Shown: positions 39,561 through 53,309, numbered from the stretch's first letter. The stretch: DNA of 64,000 bases from Octopus vulgaris (GCA_951406725.2 OX597826.1:21886001-21950000), one strand, 5' to 3'. Notes: generated from the letters alone by a model not told the origin. Made by a program: numbers and translations.

Positions 39561-42197
39561 TATATATATATATATGAAAACGTTCATTTGTATATACACA
39601 TCATTGTTTTAATGTCCACTTTTCCATGCTTGCAGGATCTAACAAAATTTGTTGAGGTGGGTTTTCTACAGCCAGATGCATTTTCTGCAACCAACTCCCA
39701 CCCATTCCAAAGTAAGGTAAAATTCCCTGTAAATTTTCAAACAGCACAATGACCAGAAACCTTTATGTAGAAGATAGCAACTGAGTGGCTAGGTATAGGT
39801 CATTGACATTATGACAAGCAAACACACACCTGGTTTCCTTCACTTTCTGTCTAGTAATGCACTTACAAGACTTTGGTAATTCTGGAACAATAACTGAAGA
39901 CACCCAATGTGCAGTGTGATGGGATTAAACCCAAAACCATGTGGTTTGAAGTGAATTTCTTAATTATACAGCTTTTATATGTCACCAACATGTGTACTTC
40001 TACATGTTCTGGCACCAGCCATGACTACAATTTCACTTGGTTTGACGAGTCTTCTGATGTGTGTTTGACTTCTGAAAATATTCATGTAACACAACACACT
40101 CCTTGTTTTTTTTTTACCTATACACACACACACATCTATACCTAAATGATTTTATTCATTGAAGGCTCATGCTTAGATCCTGGTTGTTATGCTGTTCACC
40201 AGAGAACAAAATCCTCAGATAGAACAATTATTGGTAGCATAACCAAGATACAAGCTACCATCATCTACACCTTCAGATGTTTACCAAATACTCAAAATAT
40301 TGCACTAAAACAGAACCCAAGGACCTTGAGCTGTGTTACTCTAATATCTAGATTATTTTAATTATTGATTAAAACGACTGATCAAGAATCGAATACAATA
40401 GGTAAGTCAATGTATTTTGGTACAATGAGAAATTGAATTACTTCTAAGATTCACTATACAACTGGCGGCTTCATGCTGAACGAGCCAGTGATGGGATGAA
40501 ACTCTGGCAATTTCTTATGATGTGCACAATAAGTTGCCACAAGAAGTACCACACTGATAGGGAAAGCAATTAAGAGAACAAAAGGGATCGCCAACAATAG
40601 GAATAAAGCAAAATAAAATAGATTTAAAAAAACAGAATACTGATAAAATAATAAATAAACATAGAATGTTATAGGAAGAAGAGATGAATGAGAATCGTAA
40701 CAGTGACAACTTCTCTAAAGTTAACCTCAGAAGTGTAGAGTGAAAATGGTGTCAGTTGGGTGCTGACAGAGACCGGTTCGTCACCTCAAGCCGTGGGAAC
40801 TATTACAGCCAAAAATACGGATTTCATTATTTGTACTAAACGACTATAAAGTTCTGAAATGTAAAGACATTAAGTTATAAAAATTATGAGTGTATTTGCC
40901 ATGTTGAAGTAGGGACAAGGTGAATTTTCAGTTAAGTTTTTTTAACGGCTCCGTATCTTTATAATGAACCTAATAAAAGTGGTAATGAGGTGGTAGAAAT
41001 GTTTATAACATTAGTCTGAAGTAAGAGGGGCACTGACTATTTTAGGTCCCCAAATTCTGTCTTGGTTAATTTTGTCAACCCATAGCTTAGAGGGGCTAGT
41101 CACGGAAATAACCTGCAGTCTACACACCCTTCCCAACAAAAATTAAATTGATTGTTTATAGTAATCTAAAAAGAAAAAAAAGGAAAAAATATATCGGTGT
41201 ATTTATGTAAAATATGAAGAGAACAATACCACCAAACCTTGATTGCAATTAGTTTGGTGGTTCTGTTTTTCATCAATTAGTTAAATTCTAATTAAAGACA
41301 AGCTTTAATGTAAGTAATGTTTTGAATGAAGCATCAATAAATTACTCAATTCCTTACCAAATCATTTAATATAAAATGATGATCTAATAATACGCAACAC
41401 AAAAATCGATGGAACCGCAAGTTTTCACCAAAGGACAGTTCATCAATATCTGTGCAGCAATAACCATTTCATTTCATTTTTTTTTTTTTTTTTTTTACAT
41501 TTTCAAAATAATTATTTATGGTAATTAATAAAGCAAAATTATCATAATTGCACCGGGAGTCCGAATATTGTCACTCGACCTGCTAGAAATAGTAGCCCAG
41601 CCGTTTAAAAAAGGATTCTGGGTTTCTTGCAGATAAGAAAAAAGGCAGGGTGGTCACTACTGGAATGCATTCGTTCGAGCGAAAACCGCCGAAATTTGGC
41701 AAATATGTAGATTAGGCATGTTTAGGTAGTTGTGTATAAAACTGCATGTACACATCGTACATGTTTATGTACATATATACATACCACTAAGAGTAAGAAT
41801 GTATAAAGTCATCAATAAAAATAAAATCAAGTCTTAATTAAGGATTTACTCTATCCAATTTAAGATAGAAGAGTGTAATTTGAGGATGTTTGGCTACTGT
41901 TATTAGCAGTTCGAGCGACAACAGAAGCTTTGTTAACGCGTAATAAAAATTCAGCTCAACCCTTGAGGGTAAAATATTCCAGCTATGACTATCCCATCTA
42001 GTTTTCAGAAGGAATTATGACTGCTATTTCTGACAGATCAAGAGACCACCTAAAGAGTCTGTGATGTGGTGATAATAACGATGGTGGTGGCGGAGGTTAC
42101 GTGATGACGGCGATAGTAGTAGTGATGATGATGATGCTGTCAGTGGTGTGGTGGTGGAAGAAAAGCAGAAAAATGAATGGAAGTAAATGTTACTCAC

Positions 42198-42314
42198 AAC
42201 AATTGTGTTCGTCCGATCCATTATCACAGTCTTCGAAGCTGTCACATAATGCATTCAACGCAATACACGTCCCATCGTCGCAGTTGAATTTATTCGAATC
42301 ACACTCGGGTGTAA
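42198..42314 (-). CDS. Exon 2: low-density lipoprotein receptor class A (LDLa) repeat
   Basis: Acceptor tcttattctttgtag| and donor |gtgagt; 117 nt, phase 1-1. Spliced to exon 1 it reads VTPECDSNKFNCDDGTCIALNALCDSFEDCDNGSDEHNC, with six Cys in LDLa spacing and the acidic DCxxGSDE motif. Confidence 0.92.
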
Positions 42315-43330
42315 CTACAAAGAATAAGATGTACGTATATACATATTATATACACATATTATGTATATAAAAATCACACTTGTATTTTGGCAACATAATC
42401 AGTAAATTCAAAAATAAAATATTGATCACATGGTTGCGATTTCCTTTCAATTCTAATATTAACAATACATTTCTATTTATGGAAAACTTATAAAATAAAC
42501 AGAAAAATATTATGTTGAGGATAAGAGCCATAAAATAATACAAATTTACAAATATTTCACGAAGCGATGTCTTAAATATCTAAATAATACGGACATCACA
42601 TATCACAAATGTAACTTATGTATAAATGTGTGTATAAATATTAAGTGGGGCATAATTTAACTCAGTGTGTATATAATATACAGTACATTAAAGAATTAAA
42701 AGGAATCTACCATACAACACATAGTTATGAACATATATATATATATATATATATATACACAACTTACAGAACATCAAATAGAATTTCATAAATTCTATCT
42801 AGTTAACAAATTACATTAATGGACAATGGTAAAATCCTTCATACGGTGGCATGTAACAATCTAAAAGATAGGAAAATGAACATCGCAGTGAGAAAATATT
42901 CCACAACATCACGTATTAGATGGGAATGGAACGGTTGAGGAAATTGAAACCGGTACTTCAGTAGTATTTTATTTAATCGAACCCAGTGCGATGGAAAGGC
43001 TAAGTCAACCTTAAGCGAGGTTTGAACTCAGAATTTTGAAAGACGGAATTACCGCAAAAATTATAGTCCGATATTCTACTGATTTTCTCAAGTCAATCCA
43101 CGGTTCTTCATATATATATATATATATATATAGCGAAGGTAAAGACTACACACATACATATATGGTGACTATACACACCCACACATTAAATTAACCAGTA
43201 GCTAATTCACCGACCTCACCCCACCAAAAATAATATCTAAAAATTGCATATAAAAAAGAGAAAATACCAAATTGTTGAAATCTCGAGTAAAAATGAAATT
43301 TCAGAAGAAATATTTGTAGAAATTACTTAC

Positions 43331-43415
43331 CAGCTGATGTAGCTTGAAGAAAGATGAATAATGTTAGAAATGTTAAAATGAAATAGTAACTGAAAAGATG
43401 AGATAGCAGTTTCAT
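43331..43415 (-). CDS. First coding exon (signal peptide) of a spliced gene encoding a secreted or membrane LDLa-domain protein
   Basis: Minus strand reads ATG AAA CTG CTA TCT... = MKLLSHLFSYYFILTFLTLFIFLQATSA plus 1 nt. It has a basic N-terminus, a hydrophobic core and a small-residue end (ATSA), followed by a consensus donor G|GTAAGT. Length 85 nt, phase 1. Confidence 0.85.
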
Positions 43416-45003
43416 AACGTTTTGCAGTCGTCAGAAACCAAAGGAGGCACAAAAAATACTCGTAGTTAAGTATGAATGATTCAATGTAAGGTGAAGACAG
43501 TACGAGTTGTTGGTAGAACACTACAGATGATGAAATCCACTCAAGGGCCTGTGTTTCTTTCTTCTTTTTTTTTTAATTAAAATAATCGCTGTTCAGTCTA
43601 GCTATCATCTAAAACAATCTTCTTGTTATTTAGAAAGATATAAATTATTTCAAATACTGATCACAATAATTAAAAGAAAAAGATGAGTCTGCTACGATGT
43701 TTTTTTAGGTTGACTGATATGTGAAGTCAGTCATTCAATAATCCACCTCAACAGCGTGTCTAGGGCCTGAGTGAATAACCGGTCTGTAAGGGGAGCGGGA
43801 AGAGATAATGCAAGAGTAGGAGAACGAGAAGAGGAAAGAGTAAAGCAAGGTGGGAGGAGTAATAGGCAAATGAAGAGAAAAGAGAGAGAGTGTGTTTGTG
43901 TGAAAGAAAGAGGGAGAGAGAATGTGTATTTAGTATGATGCGTGTGGGTGTGTGTGAAATAGAGGATGTTAGTGCAGACAGACAGAATGTGTGTGTGTGT
44001 GAAAGAGAAAGCGAAGGAGGGAGAGAATATGTGTATTTAGTATTGAGTATGTATGTGAGTGTGTGACTGAGGATGTTAGTATAGAAACAATGTATGCGTG
44101 TATGTTAGTGTGTGTGAGAGAGAGAGAGAGAGGGAGGAAGAAGAATGTGAGAGAAAGAAAAGAGAAGGAATGTCTTATCTCACGCTCTCTTGAGAGAGAA
44201 AGATAAGACGTGGAGGGAGAGAATGCGAAGGTAAGCCTAAAGCAAGGACATGAATAAAATGGTGTAGGTTTTCCACGTGTTTAAAATACTGTAAAATAAT
44301 TTGAGTTCTTTTTCCGAAATAACAGTAAAATGATCAAAACATTTTAAAAATTCTCTTTTGCTTTCTAAAATAACTTGTCTTCAATTCTAAATAAATGTAT
44401 TGTATAAAGACAAAACTATTTAACGTAAATATTATTTGTATAGATATTTCTTTATCAACAGTTTCGTTAAAACATTGATGACGCGCGAGGGAAAGACCGT
44501 ATTAAGTAAGTCATTAATATTAATGAGATATTAATATTAATGAGATCAGGCCACGCTGCTATCCGGACTACTTATATGAGCTGACAATAAACGTACAAAA
44601 TACGCCGTAAAAAACTCTTCAGCGATCACGCTACAAATTTTACAAATTCATTTACACTTCGAAGTGATGAAACAACAAAGGATAAAATTCTACATACTTT
44701 CTATATTAAATAAAATTTCTTTTAATTAAATACTAAGTATTTATTTTAAATAAAAATGCATATTGTTCCTGGCGAAATTTCCATCTGCGCGCACGAATAC
44801 ATAGCGAGGGTGTTAACTTCTATTATGTATTTACTGCTCAATTATAAAGTCTTCATCACATTTCGGAGCAATGTCCCTGATAATTGGGATTTTAATCTAT
44901 TTTTCTTTCCCATATTTATAATTTTCAAATCACTTTTGTTGATTAGTGTCAACTACTAAAAGGAAATAATTTAACTCTTGGGAAGAGTCAGAAAACAAAG
45001 TAA

Positions 45004-45358
45004 TCTCTCTATATATAAAACTGAGAATGTGTCTGTCTGTCTGTGTGTTTCCCCAAAACTCGAGAACTACACAACCAATTTCATTCAAATTTTACACATG
45101 CCTTACTTAGGGTCCGGGGAGTGTCATCGTCAAAAAGTTTAATAGTTAACTTTTTGCCTAGGGCGAGCCCACAGCAATATCATATCTTCTCCACTACGAT
45201 TCCCTAAAACTTGAGAACTACACAACCAATTTCATTCAAATTTTACACATGCCTTACTTAGGGTCCATGTAGTTTCATGAGCAAAAAAAAAATTTCAACT
45301 TCTTGCCTAGGGCGAGCCCATAGCAATATCATATCTTTTCCACTATTTTAGTATTACA
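45004..45358 (+). mobile_element. Non-autonomous Helitron 5' part with internal ~150-bp duplication; continues after 46139
   Basis: Starts A|TCTCTCTATATATAAAA followed by (GTCT)n. Segments ~45050-45198 and ~45201-45345 are near duplicates. The 3' end was not resolved. Confidence 0.6.
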
Positions 45359-46138
45359 CTAGCAGCATAGCACGGCGTTGCCCCTAAGAGCCCCTAGTAG
45401 GCAACGACTAATCTCAATCTAGTCCTTTCCTTCTAGGGAACGAAGGCGCATGTGTAGGTTGCAATGTCTTCTCTTCACTCCCAAATAACTATCAAACAGC
45501 TATCGATAATTCAACCCAACCAATTCCTACCAGGAAGAAATTACATTCGAGACTTTACCCCCAACACCGCCACTTCTGCTAATAGCTGCTGCAGCCGCAA
45601 GTTATTCGAATCCTTTTTTTGTTTACACTTTCTTTATAACTACCACCCCAAACGTTTTACCTTAAACTTTTGACGTACCCTAAGGGTCCTCGGACGCTAC
45701 TTGCAAACTCTTAGTTTATTATAAACCGCTTTTGTCGTGTGCATCAAAAACCTTTTCCATTCGTTTGTTCAGTTTGGTCACTTTTGACTTTTTCGTTGTT
45801 GTCACTCACATTGCTGCCTGCTTTTTTGCCATTTTTGTACATTTTTATACATTTTGGGATACTTACCCCACGTGTTCCGAGAGTTAAAAAGGTCGAGTTG
45901 CGTCCCCTAGACAGTCTGTAGAAAATGTGTTGCATATAAAAAGCTTAGATTCTCGACCCATGTCGAATTTATCGATTTTTTTTCAGAACTAGGGGAACTT
46001 TTCAAAATTTTCGCTGCGTTAGTTTTGAATTATGACATTGGGCTACGTGTGTGTCAAGTTTCATCAGAATCGGTTGAAAGCCGTGGTCAGGGTGAGGGTA
46101 CAACCTGACAGACAAACTGCCGTTTATATATAGAGAGA
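45359..46138 (-). mobile_element. Non-autonomous Helitron nested antisense in the previous one
   Basis: Minus strand starts A|TCTCTCTATATATAAACGG and ends gggcaacgccgtgctatgctgCTAG|T. Removing it rejoins gtattaca|tgttaaaagtg. Confidence 0.75.
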
Positions 46139-46559
46139 TGTTAAAAGTGAAACAAAAACATTTCTCAATTTTATGTCAGATACTTTCACTTTAACAATAA
46201 AAATTAGAGATAATAATAACAATTGAATTATATGTAGTAAGTAATAATTAAAATCAAACTAAAGTATAATATAATCGTAACATAACAAAAGTAAAAATAG
46301 CAATTCGTATAAAATTGCATCAATGACTTGAAATTGAATAAGTGGTTTCACATGAATGGGAATAAATTGAAAATAAAATTAGCGTGCAGAAATGGAATAG
46401 TCCAGATGGAGCTGTGCACATACCGTTTACCACGGCTTTTACATTAGATTATCTGCTAATTAGCTAGCATTAAGTATCTATATGAAGTTTGGCTGTATGT
46501 AATGTCTGTTTTCTCGAACAGCCGCTTCTACAGAGTTGGTACGTGTCAATTTTTCCCCT

Positions 46560-49500
46560 GTAAATATTGTTATTGTTACTGTGAATTATTGTTATTGTTT
46601 TTAAAAAGAACTTTTATTTGCTTTCTTTGAAAGCTATTTGTTGAAATTCCCCCATGCGGGGGAATTATTGTTATATTGTGGCTCTTTAAGCTAATTTTTG
46701 TGAAAGGCTTTTGAAGCCAATTTTGTGAAAGGCTTTTTTAAGCCAACTTGTGGAAAAATGGAAATGCATACACCATTCTCTTTCTCACCTGTGTCAGGTG
46801 AAGAAAGTAGTTCACCAGCAGTAACACCGAAAAAACAAAACGAAAAAAACACCAGCAGTCTCATCGAAGAAATTCGCAGAGGTATCTGGTAAAAAGGAAA
46901 AGAATCTAAATACTGAAAAGAGTAATTTTGAAAAATATATGCATATGTTGAAAAAAGAAGGAACGGAAATTACAGTGGCTACAACAGAAGGAACGACAGA
47001 CGCAGTAAACAGGAAAAGGATCATATACAAGACGTACAGCATAGTTTTAAAAAATGATTCAAAGAATAGAGGAAAAAAAAGTAGAAAAATGCCTGTAACC
47101 AATTTTGCCCGAAATCACCTACATCAACCGTGGAAAAAGGTTCGGTACAGTGGAAGTAAGGTTTAAAACAGAAGAAGCAGCGAAAAAGTACTCTTCGAAG
47201 ACACTCAAAACAGAGGAGGTAGTTCTTCTTTCAATATACATAGGAAGAAGAACATCAAAAATAAAAATAAATAACATACCCCTGAAGAGGATGCCACTTG
47301 TTTAGTGGCAGCAATAACATTAGGCCTGGATGAAAAAATAAATATTCACCAGGCCTCAGTGGAAGAGGAAGAGCATTGGAAGGGGCAATGCTTGACGATG
47401 GCAATTCAAGCGGAGGTAGCAACCTTAGAAGAAATTCCAGAAGCCATAAATGTTGACGGAGGCGAGAGACTGATAGTATACGTGGAAGGTAGAAAACCGA
47501 GATGCTTCAACTGCGGGTTGAAGGGACACATCAGGGCCGAGTGCCAACCAAAAGAGAAGGAAAGAAAAGAAGAAACACCAGCACCAACACCTAAAGATGT
47601 TTAGGTGTTGGTGCTGGTGTTTCTTTTGGTGTTGGTACTGGTGTTTCTTCTTTTCTTTCCAGCGACAAAAGAAAGTGAAGAGAAAGACAGAGAGGAGGAG
47701 GGTCGACTACTTCTAAGAAAAAGAAAACAAAACACAGACCGCCCCTCCCAAATTGAATATAAAAAAGAAAAATGAACAAGAGAAAGACAATATGTAGATG
47801 GCCTTAAAGGCCTCAAACAACATACTAGTCAACCGTTTGGCAGTTATCCCAACTGCCAAACGAGTTGAAAAAACTACATCGAAAGACTTCCTTATCTACA
47901 AGATAGGCCGGAAGGATTACGGGCGGATTAAGTCCGAATTCTTCCACGACGTAGGCCCTCTAAGAATGGATTTTTCTCCATATATTTACGAGGGCCTACG
48001 TCCAAATACGCCACGAGCCCGAGAAAAAGAAAAAGAAAACGAGGATGAAGAAACGCCGAACCACTGATATTGAGGTAAGTAATGTCTAACATTCATGTTG
48101 GTTGCTTAAATGTGCGTGGCCTGAGATCAAGCTAGAAGCAGGGTCGCTTCCCTAATGATATCAGGTCGCGGAATTTGGATGTCATTGTTGCTACAGAAAC
48201 CCGGTTAGAGGGTCCAAGAGATCTGCTCCCGCCGTTGAACGGCTAGGAGGGTTTTTTTCTCTCCAGGCAGTCCTACCGGCGGGAGTGGGGTGTTGGTCCT
48301 ATTAAAAAGAAACCGGGTTTTCGAGAAAAAGTTAATTTTTTCAGATCCAGAAGGTAGGCTGGTCGTCATGGATTTGACGTTCAGTAACGGTAAAGTTATC
48401 AGACTGGTTGCAATTTATGCACCCTCATCATCATCTAGGCAAAGTAAGTATTTTCGAGAGCAAGAGGAGCTTCTTAGTACTTCACATTCATTAGTTGTGC
48501 TAGGAGACAACACAATTTACCAGGCGCGAGTAGATTATGTTGGCTCGTGTACAGATAGAAAAGGCAACCCTGGTTTCCTGGAACTGCTAAAACGCTTTGA
48601 GCTAGCAGAACCTTATAAGTTGGAATTTCCGAACGCTCCATTGTGGACATGGTCAAATAGCGACGGATCTTCCAGGTCTTACTAATTAGAGTACTAATTA
48701 GAAAAGCAGATAGAGAAATAGCTAAGTGTCCACAGTTTTACCCTGTCAGCTACAGTGATCATAAAATGATCTCCTGTAAGCTTGACATAGATAAGGTATA
48801 TAAGAGAGGCTCCGGTTATTGGAAACTTAATACGTCCCTTTTGGCGATTAAGGAGTACAGAGACCGGATTAGGACTTTGATTCAGAGGGCGCTATCTGGT
48901 GCCATCATTAATAATAAATGGTTGTATGCTCTCAAGCGAGCCATAAAATTAGAGTTTATTAGATATAGCATAGGATTAGTAACTAGAGAAGCTAGGAGGG
49001 GATCAACTCTAGTTAAGGATTTAGAGGAAGCCATGAAAACTGGCTCTGCGGCTCAGGTGACGGGGAAGAGACTGGCGTTAAGCCAGCACTTCGAGGCCAA
49101 ACACATGGGCTGCATTGTCAGGGCTAGGATCCGCGCAGTGGGTTGTGAGCGAATCAACGCCGCAGGATGGGTCCGAGTGGTGGAGGCTCAACGTGGTAAT
49201 GATGCCACAATTCGATCTTTGACGAACCAACAAGGTAAGTTGATAGACGAACCCGAGAAGATGTGTGAGGCCTTTCAGGAGCACTTCGCTCAGCTTTTCG
49301 GTGGGGGCGGCGGACCGGATAGTAGGAGGGACCTTACGGACTTCCTCGACGGGCTGCCGCGCCTATCGGGGCGAGATGCTGCGAGCTGTGAAGGGCCGAT
49401 CACGCCTGAGGAGGTGGCTGAGGCTATTGCGGACTGCGGCGCCGGCAAGGCGCCAGGACTGGATGGTCTACCCTATGAGTTATATGAGAGTATGCCAGAC

Positions 49501-50465
49501 TTGTTAGACTTGTTCGGGCACCTACTGGCGGAGGTCTACGCGAACTGGCAGCAGAACTGGTCTATTCCCAGATCTGTGCGCCGGGTAGTAGTGACGCTTT
49601 TCAGAAAGGACCCGGACAAGGGGGATTGTATTGATAATTTTCGGCCCATCACTCTGCTAAACACAGAGTTGAAGATTTTGGCCAAAGTGTTATCGAAAAG
49701 ATTGGCTCGTGTCGCGGATGGTCTGATCGGGGAGGCACAGACATGTGCCGTTCCCGGCAGAACCATTCAAGATAATCTCCATCTTATACGGTACACTTTG
49801 GAGGGGTTTAATAGTGATTCTGGCAAGGGTAGGGCACTGGTCCATTTAGACCAATCTAAGGCTTTTGATGGGGTTGACCATCGCTACCTGGTGTTCGTTC
49901 TGGCACAGTTCGGCCTATGTCTTGGCTTCCTCAGGTGGATCATTCAGATTTACGACAACATCGACTCGGTAGTTCGGGTGATCGACTTCTTATCGAAGCC
50001 GTTCAACATCAAACGCTCGGTTCGTCAAGAGTGTCCGCTCTCCCCGCTTTTGTACGTGATGGCTCTTGAGCCATTACTGCGAAAATTGAGCGGCATCCCG
50101 AGACAGCCAGGTTGTGGAAAATCGGTGTCAACTTACGCGGATGACATCACCATCATCGTAACCGAAATGGATCACCTACAGAGGGTAGGCAAGGCCATAG
50201 AGGTTTACGAGACGGTGGCAGGAGCAAAAGTTAATCGTGAAAAGTCAGTCGGCTTGCAGCTCGGCACCTGGAGAGGCAAGTCGATGCCTCCTGACAGCGT
50301 CGTGGGATGTTGGACGGATTAAGTTGCTAGGGATTTGGTTTGGACCAGACCTCCAAATAGAGAAGAACTGGGCCGAGGTATCGAGCAGGGTGGCTGCAGT
50401 AGTCAAGACCTGGTCTTGGCGGTGGCTATCCCTGAAAGGAAGGGCGGAGGTAGCCAATGTGTTTC
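46560..50465 (+). mobile_element. Tx1/L1-clade LINE, decayed, 3' end missing
   Basis: ORF1 pieces from about 46758 include the zinc knuckle CFNCGLKGHIRAEC. ORF2 from 48082 has APE motifs (LNVRGL, IYAP, SDH, GYWKLN) and RT motifs (APGLDG, FRPITLLN, DQSKAFD, QECPLSP, YADD). Several stops and frameshifts. Confidence 0.92.
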
Positions 50466-50900
50466 CCAAGTTTACTAGTTTCAGTGGATGGGAAACCTGG
50501 TTGAATCGAAGAAACCGTCCTGCATGCTATTGTTCAATGTCCGGAGGTGTCAGAGGTGTGGGTTTATGTCGAACAACTGTTGTCAAACACACGAAGAGTA
50601 CAGCTGTCGACTGAGTCTATTGTAAAAGTTGACCCACCGGCAGTTTGTTCCATGCTTCAGCAACTCTCAGCGTGAAAAAATGTTTCCTAAAGTCATGGGA
50701 GCTGCGCTGTTTTCTGACTTTGTAAATATGTCCACGGGTGTTAGACGGGTGGAGTTTGAAAAGGTGCTCAGAGTTATTGATTGTAAGATGGTTGATAATT
50801 TTATGGGTGTCTGCCAAGTCAGCTGCCAGACGTCGGAGTTTCAATGTGTCCATGCCCAGGGAAGTAAGGCGTTCAGAGAGAAGTTTGTGCTAGATATGGG
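50466..50900 (-). mobile_element. CR1/Jockey-like LINE 3' fragment at the point where the Tx1 element breaks off
   Basis: TLKLRRLAADL..HKII..NTRGHIYKV..RKHFFTLRVAEAWNKLP. Confidence 0.8.
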
Positions 50901-53280
50901 ATTACTTTTTGAAAAAATAGGGAACATCTGCTGTTACAAGACTATCGATGGGCAACTGAAAAATGTTTTTTTTTCTTTATTTTAGGGGACTTTTATCTTT
51001 ACCATTAATACAAGAGGTTTCCTAAAAAAAGTAGCGGCTACCCAATAGTTGTGCAAAATATATATTTATTAGTATATGCCAGTAAATCATTAATCTAAAA
51101 CAGTGGATCCCTTTGATTACTATTTTATTCTCCCTAGCCATTTGATATTTAAAAACTAGTTATATAGGTACTTCTTTCCAAATTGTCGTTTTGTTTTCAC
51201 ACATTCGTGTAGGTTTGCAATAGTACTCTCTGAAAAATTATGCTCAGTGGCTGGAAGCCTATTAATCTTTGTAAAACTTTAGAGAAAGAAACTTATCTGT
51301 TTCTTGCAAGAAATGCATTTTTCCCTGGACCCTAAAAATACTTCTGTGGACCCCCAATTTACTATTTTGCTCGTGTGGACCCCGGTTGAGAACCACTGGT
51401 CTAGTAGTACATAGCAGGGTTACATCCTTCGACAGGTTTTAATTCTTCAACACAATTCTTGCCTAAAATGGCTCCCAGTATCTTTTATATTTTTTCTCGG
51501 CTGGAGAGCTACATAGGTAGCCGGACAACAAACACTGGAGCTTGTTTCCGCTACTTCCATGTTCTTGTCGGTGCAACATCTCCATAATTAATTAGTGTTT
51601 TTCCCACATGTAATCGTTCCACTTGGAGGGCGGCTGACGCCTGACTTGCCCTGCAAACTTCAGAACCGGCCGATACTCCACATGTACTGTTCAGAGACAA
51701 CGGTATCCCACAGCGGAGAATCGGTAGTAAATGATTCCTCGGGCGATTCAGGAATTTTATCCAGCAATTCCGTAACTCAGAAACTTCAGGTATTCCAGGA
51801 ATAACAGGACCTCAGCCATTGTAATAGTAGGAATATTAGGTGGCAAAACTTCAGCTGACTAGGTTGGGAACTTCAGAAGTTGACCTACATGTACAATCAC
51901 GTCTTCACCCAGTCTTACTTCAAACTTAACGCCCCACCCCACTGTCGGCTTATAAGTGCTTTCCACCTAGCGTTCACCAACTCCAAAATTCCCTATAAAA
52001 TTCCTCCCTTTTTCTCGCCGCGAATGCAAAACATTCCTCATTAGCAAGACGGTTGGTACTTTCACAACGATAGCATTCGCATTTCTAGCAATTTATGAAT
52101 GGACTTTTCAGATTAATCGCCGAGTAAACCTTACACGTTATGGGTGTCCCTAGAACACAATGTGGTCGATTCAATTGCCACCAATATTTCGTTGGTGTCT
52201 TTTCACTGAGCATTGTTAACTTTCTCATTCTAGGCTTCAACCACTAGCTTGTCTCTCAGGTGTTCATTGAGTTTGTCTCCAGGATTACACTTCTCAGACA
52301 TATGCTGGCCGAGGGTTTCTTGGTTTGTTCTGTCTCGAGTATAGAAAATTAAATTTTTTCCGTGCTGACAAAGTTCGGCAAATGTTTTTCTACCCGGTTT
52401 ATTATTGGATAGATCTCGAAGAATTGAATAATTTTATGCCCAACCACAGACAATAGTATAGCTTGTTTCTCATTGTCTTCTTTCACATCATTGGTAGCAA
52501 AGAAAAACCTTTAATGTTCCACATATCTCAGCCAGTTCTCTTCCGTATTGTTCCTTTTGTTCTCAACCCCAAAGAATGAAATTTTGAAGATTACTGAATT
52601 CAAACTTTTAATTTTGTGGCTCACGTTGTAGACTGCCAGATGTTTTTGAAGCCATATATCCTTTACGACCTTTTGCTGTAAATATATTAGTTCGATGTTC
52701 CGTTGTGTTCTTGGGCAAAACACTTCCTTTTACGTTGCTCTGCGATTATTTTGTCATCTGACATGTGGCACATGATGCATCTGTACAGGTAATGTCGATT
52801 TGATGGAAGGAGTGAGCTTATGTGTATACAAACATTTGATCGCTATAAACAAGTAATCTGAAATTTTCTACAAATTTCAGATGGTGAAGCTTACGATTAT
52901 ATCAGAATCTACGATGAAAAAGTTTTTCCAAGCTTGGTGTGGGAAGTTTCGGAAAATCCACACAAGATGACTTTGTTTCCTCATATCTTTTGGGAAATTG
53001 GGTATTTTTTTTAAATGAAATTTTCTAGAAATTCCTTTCGGAGTGTGTGGATTAAGATTATATCGGAATTTAACGTGAAAATTTTTTTTTAATACTGAAC
53101 TCGTACAAATACATATTTACACACATCTCATTTTTTCTTTTTTTCTTTTAGTGCCTTATTACTTAACATGTCCACCTGTTCGATTTCCACTCATTTACTT
53201 TTCTTTTTTTTAATTTTCGTTGCGTCTTGCAACCCCTTCAAAAGTCGTTGACCCAAATGCGAAAATGAAATATTTATAAA

Positions 53281-53309
53281 TACACACACGCACACACACA
53301 CACACACGC

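Noticed and set aside
41358-41449. Possible exon 3 (YIDELSFGENLRFHRFLCC...)
   Set aside because: The frame is open and the donor is good, but the acceptor lacks a polypyrimidine tract and the peptide is unrecognisable.
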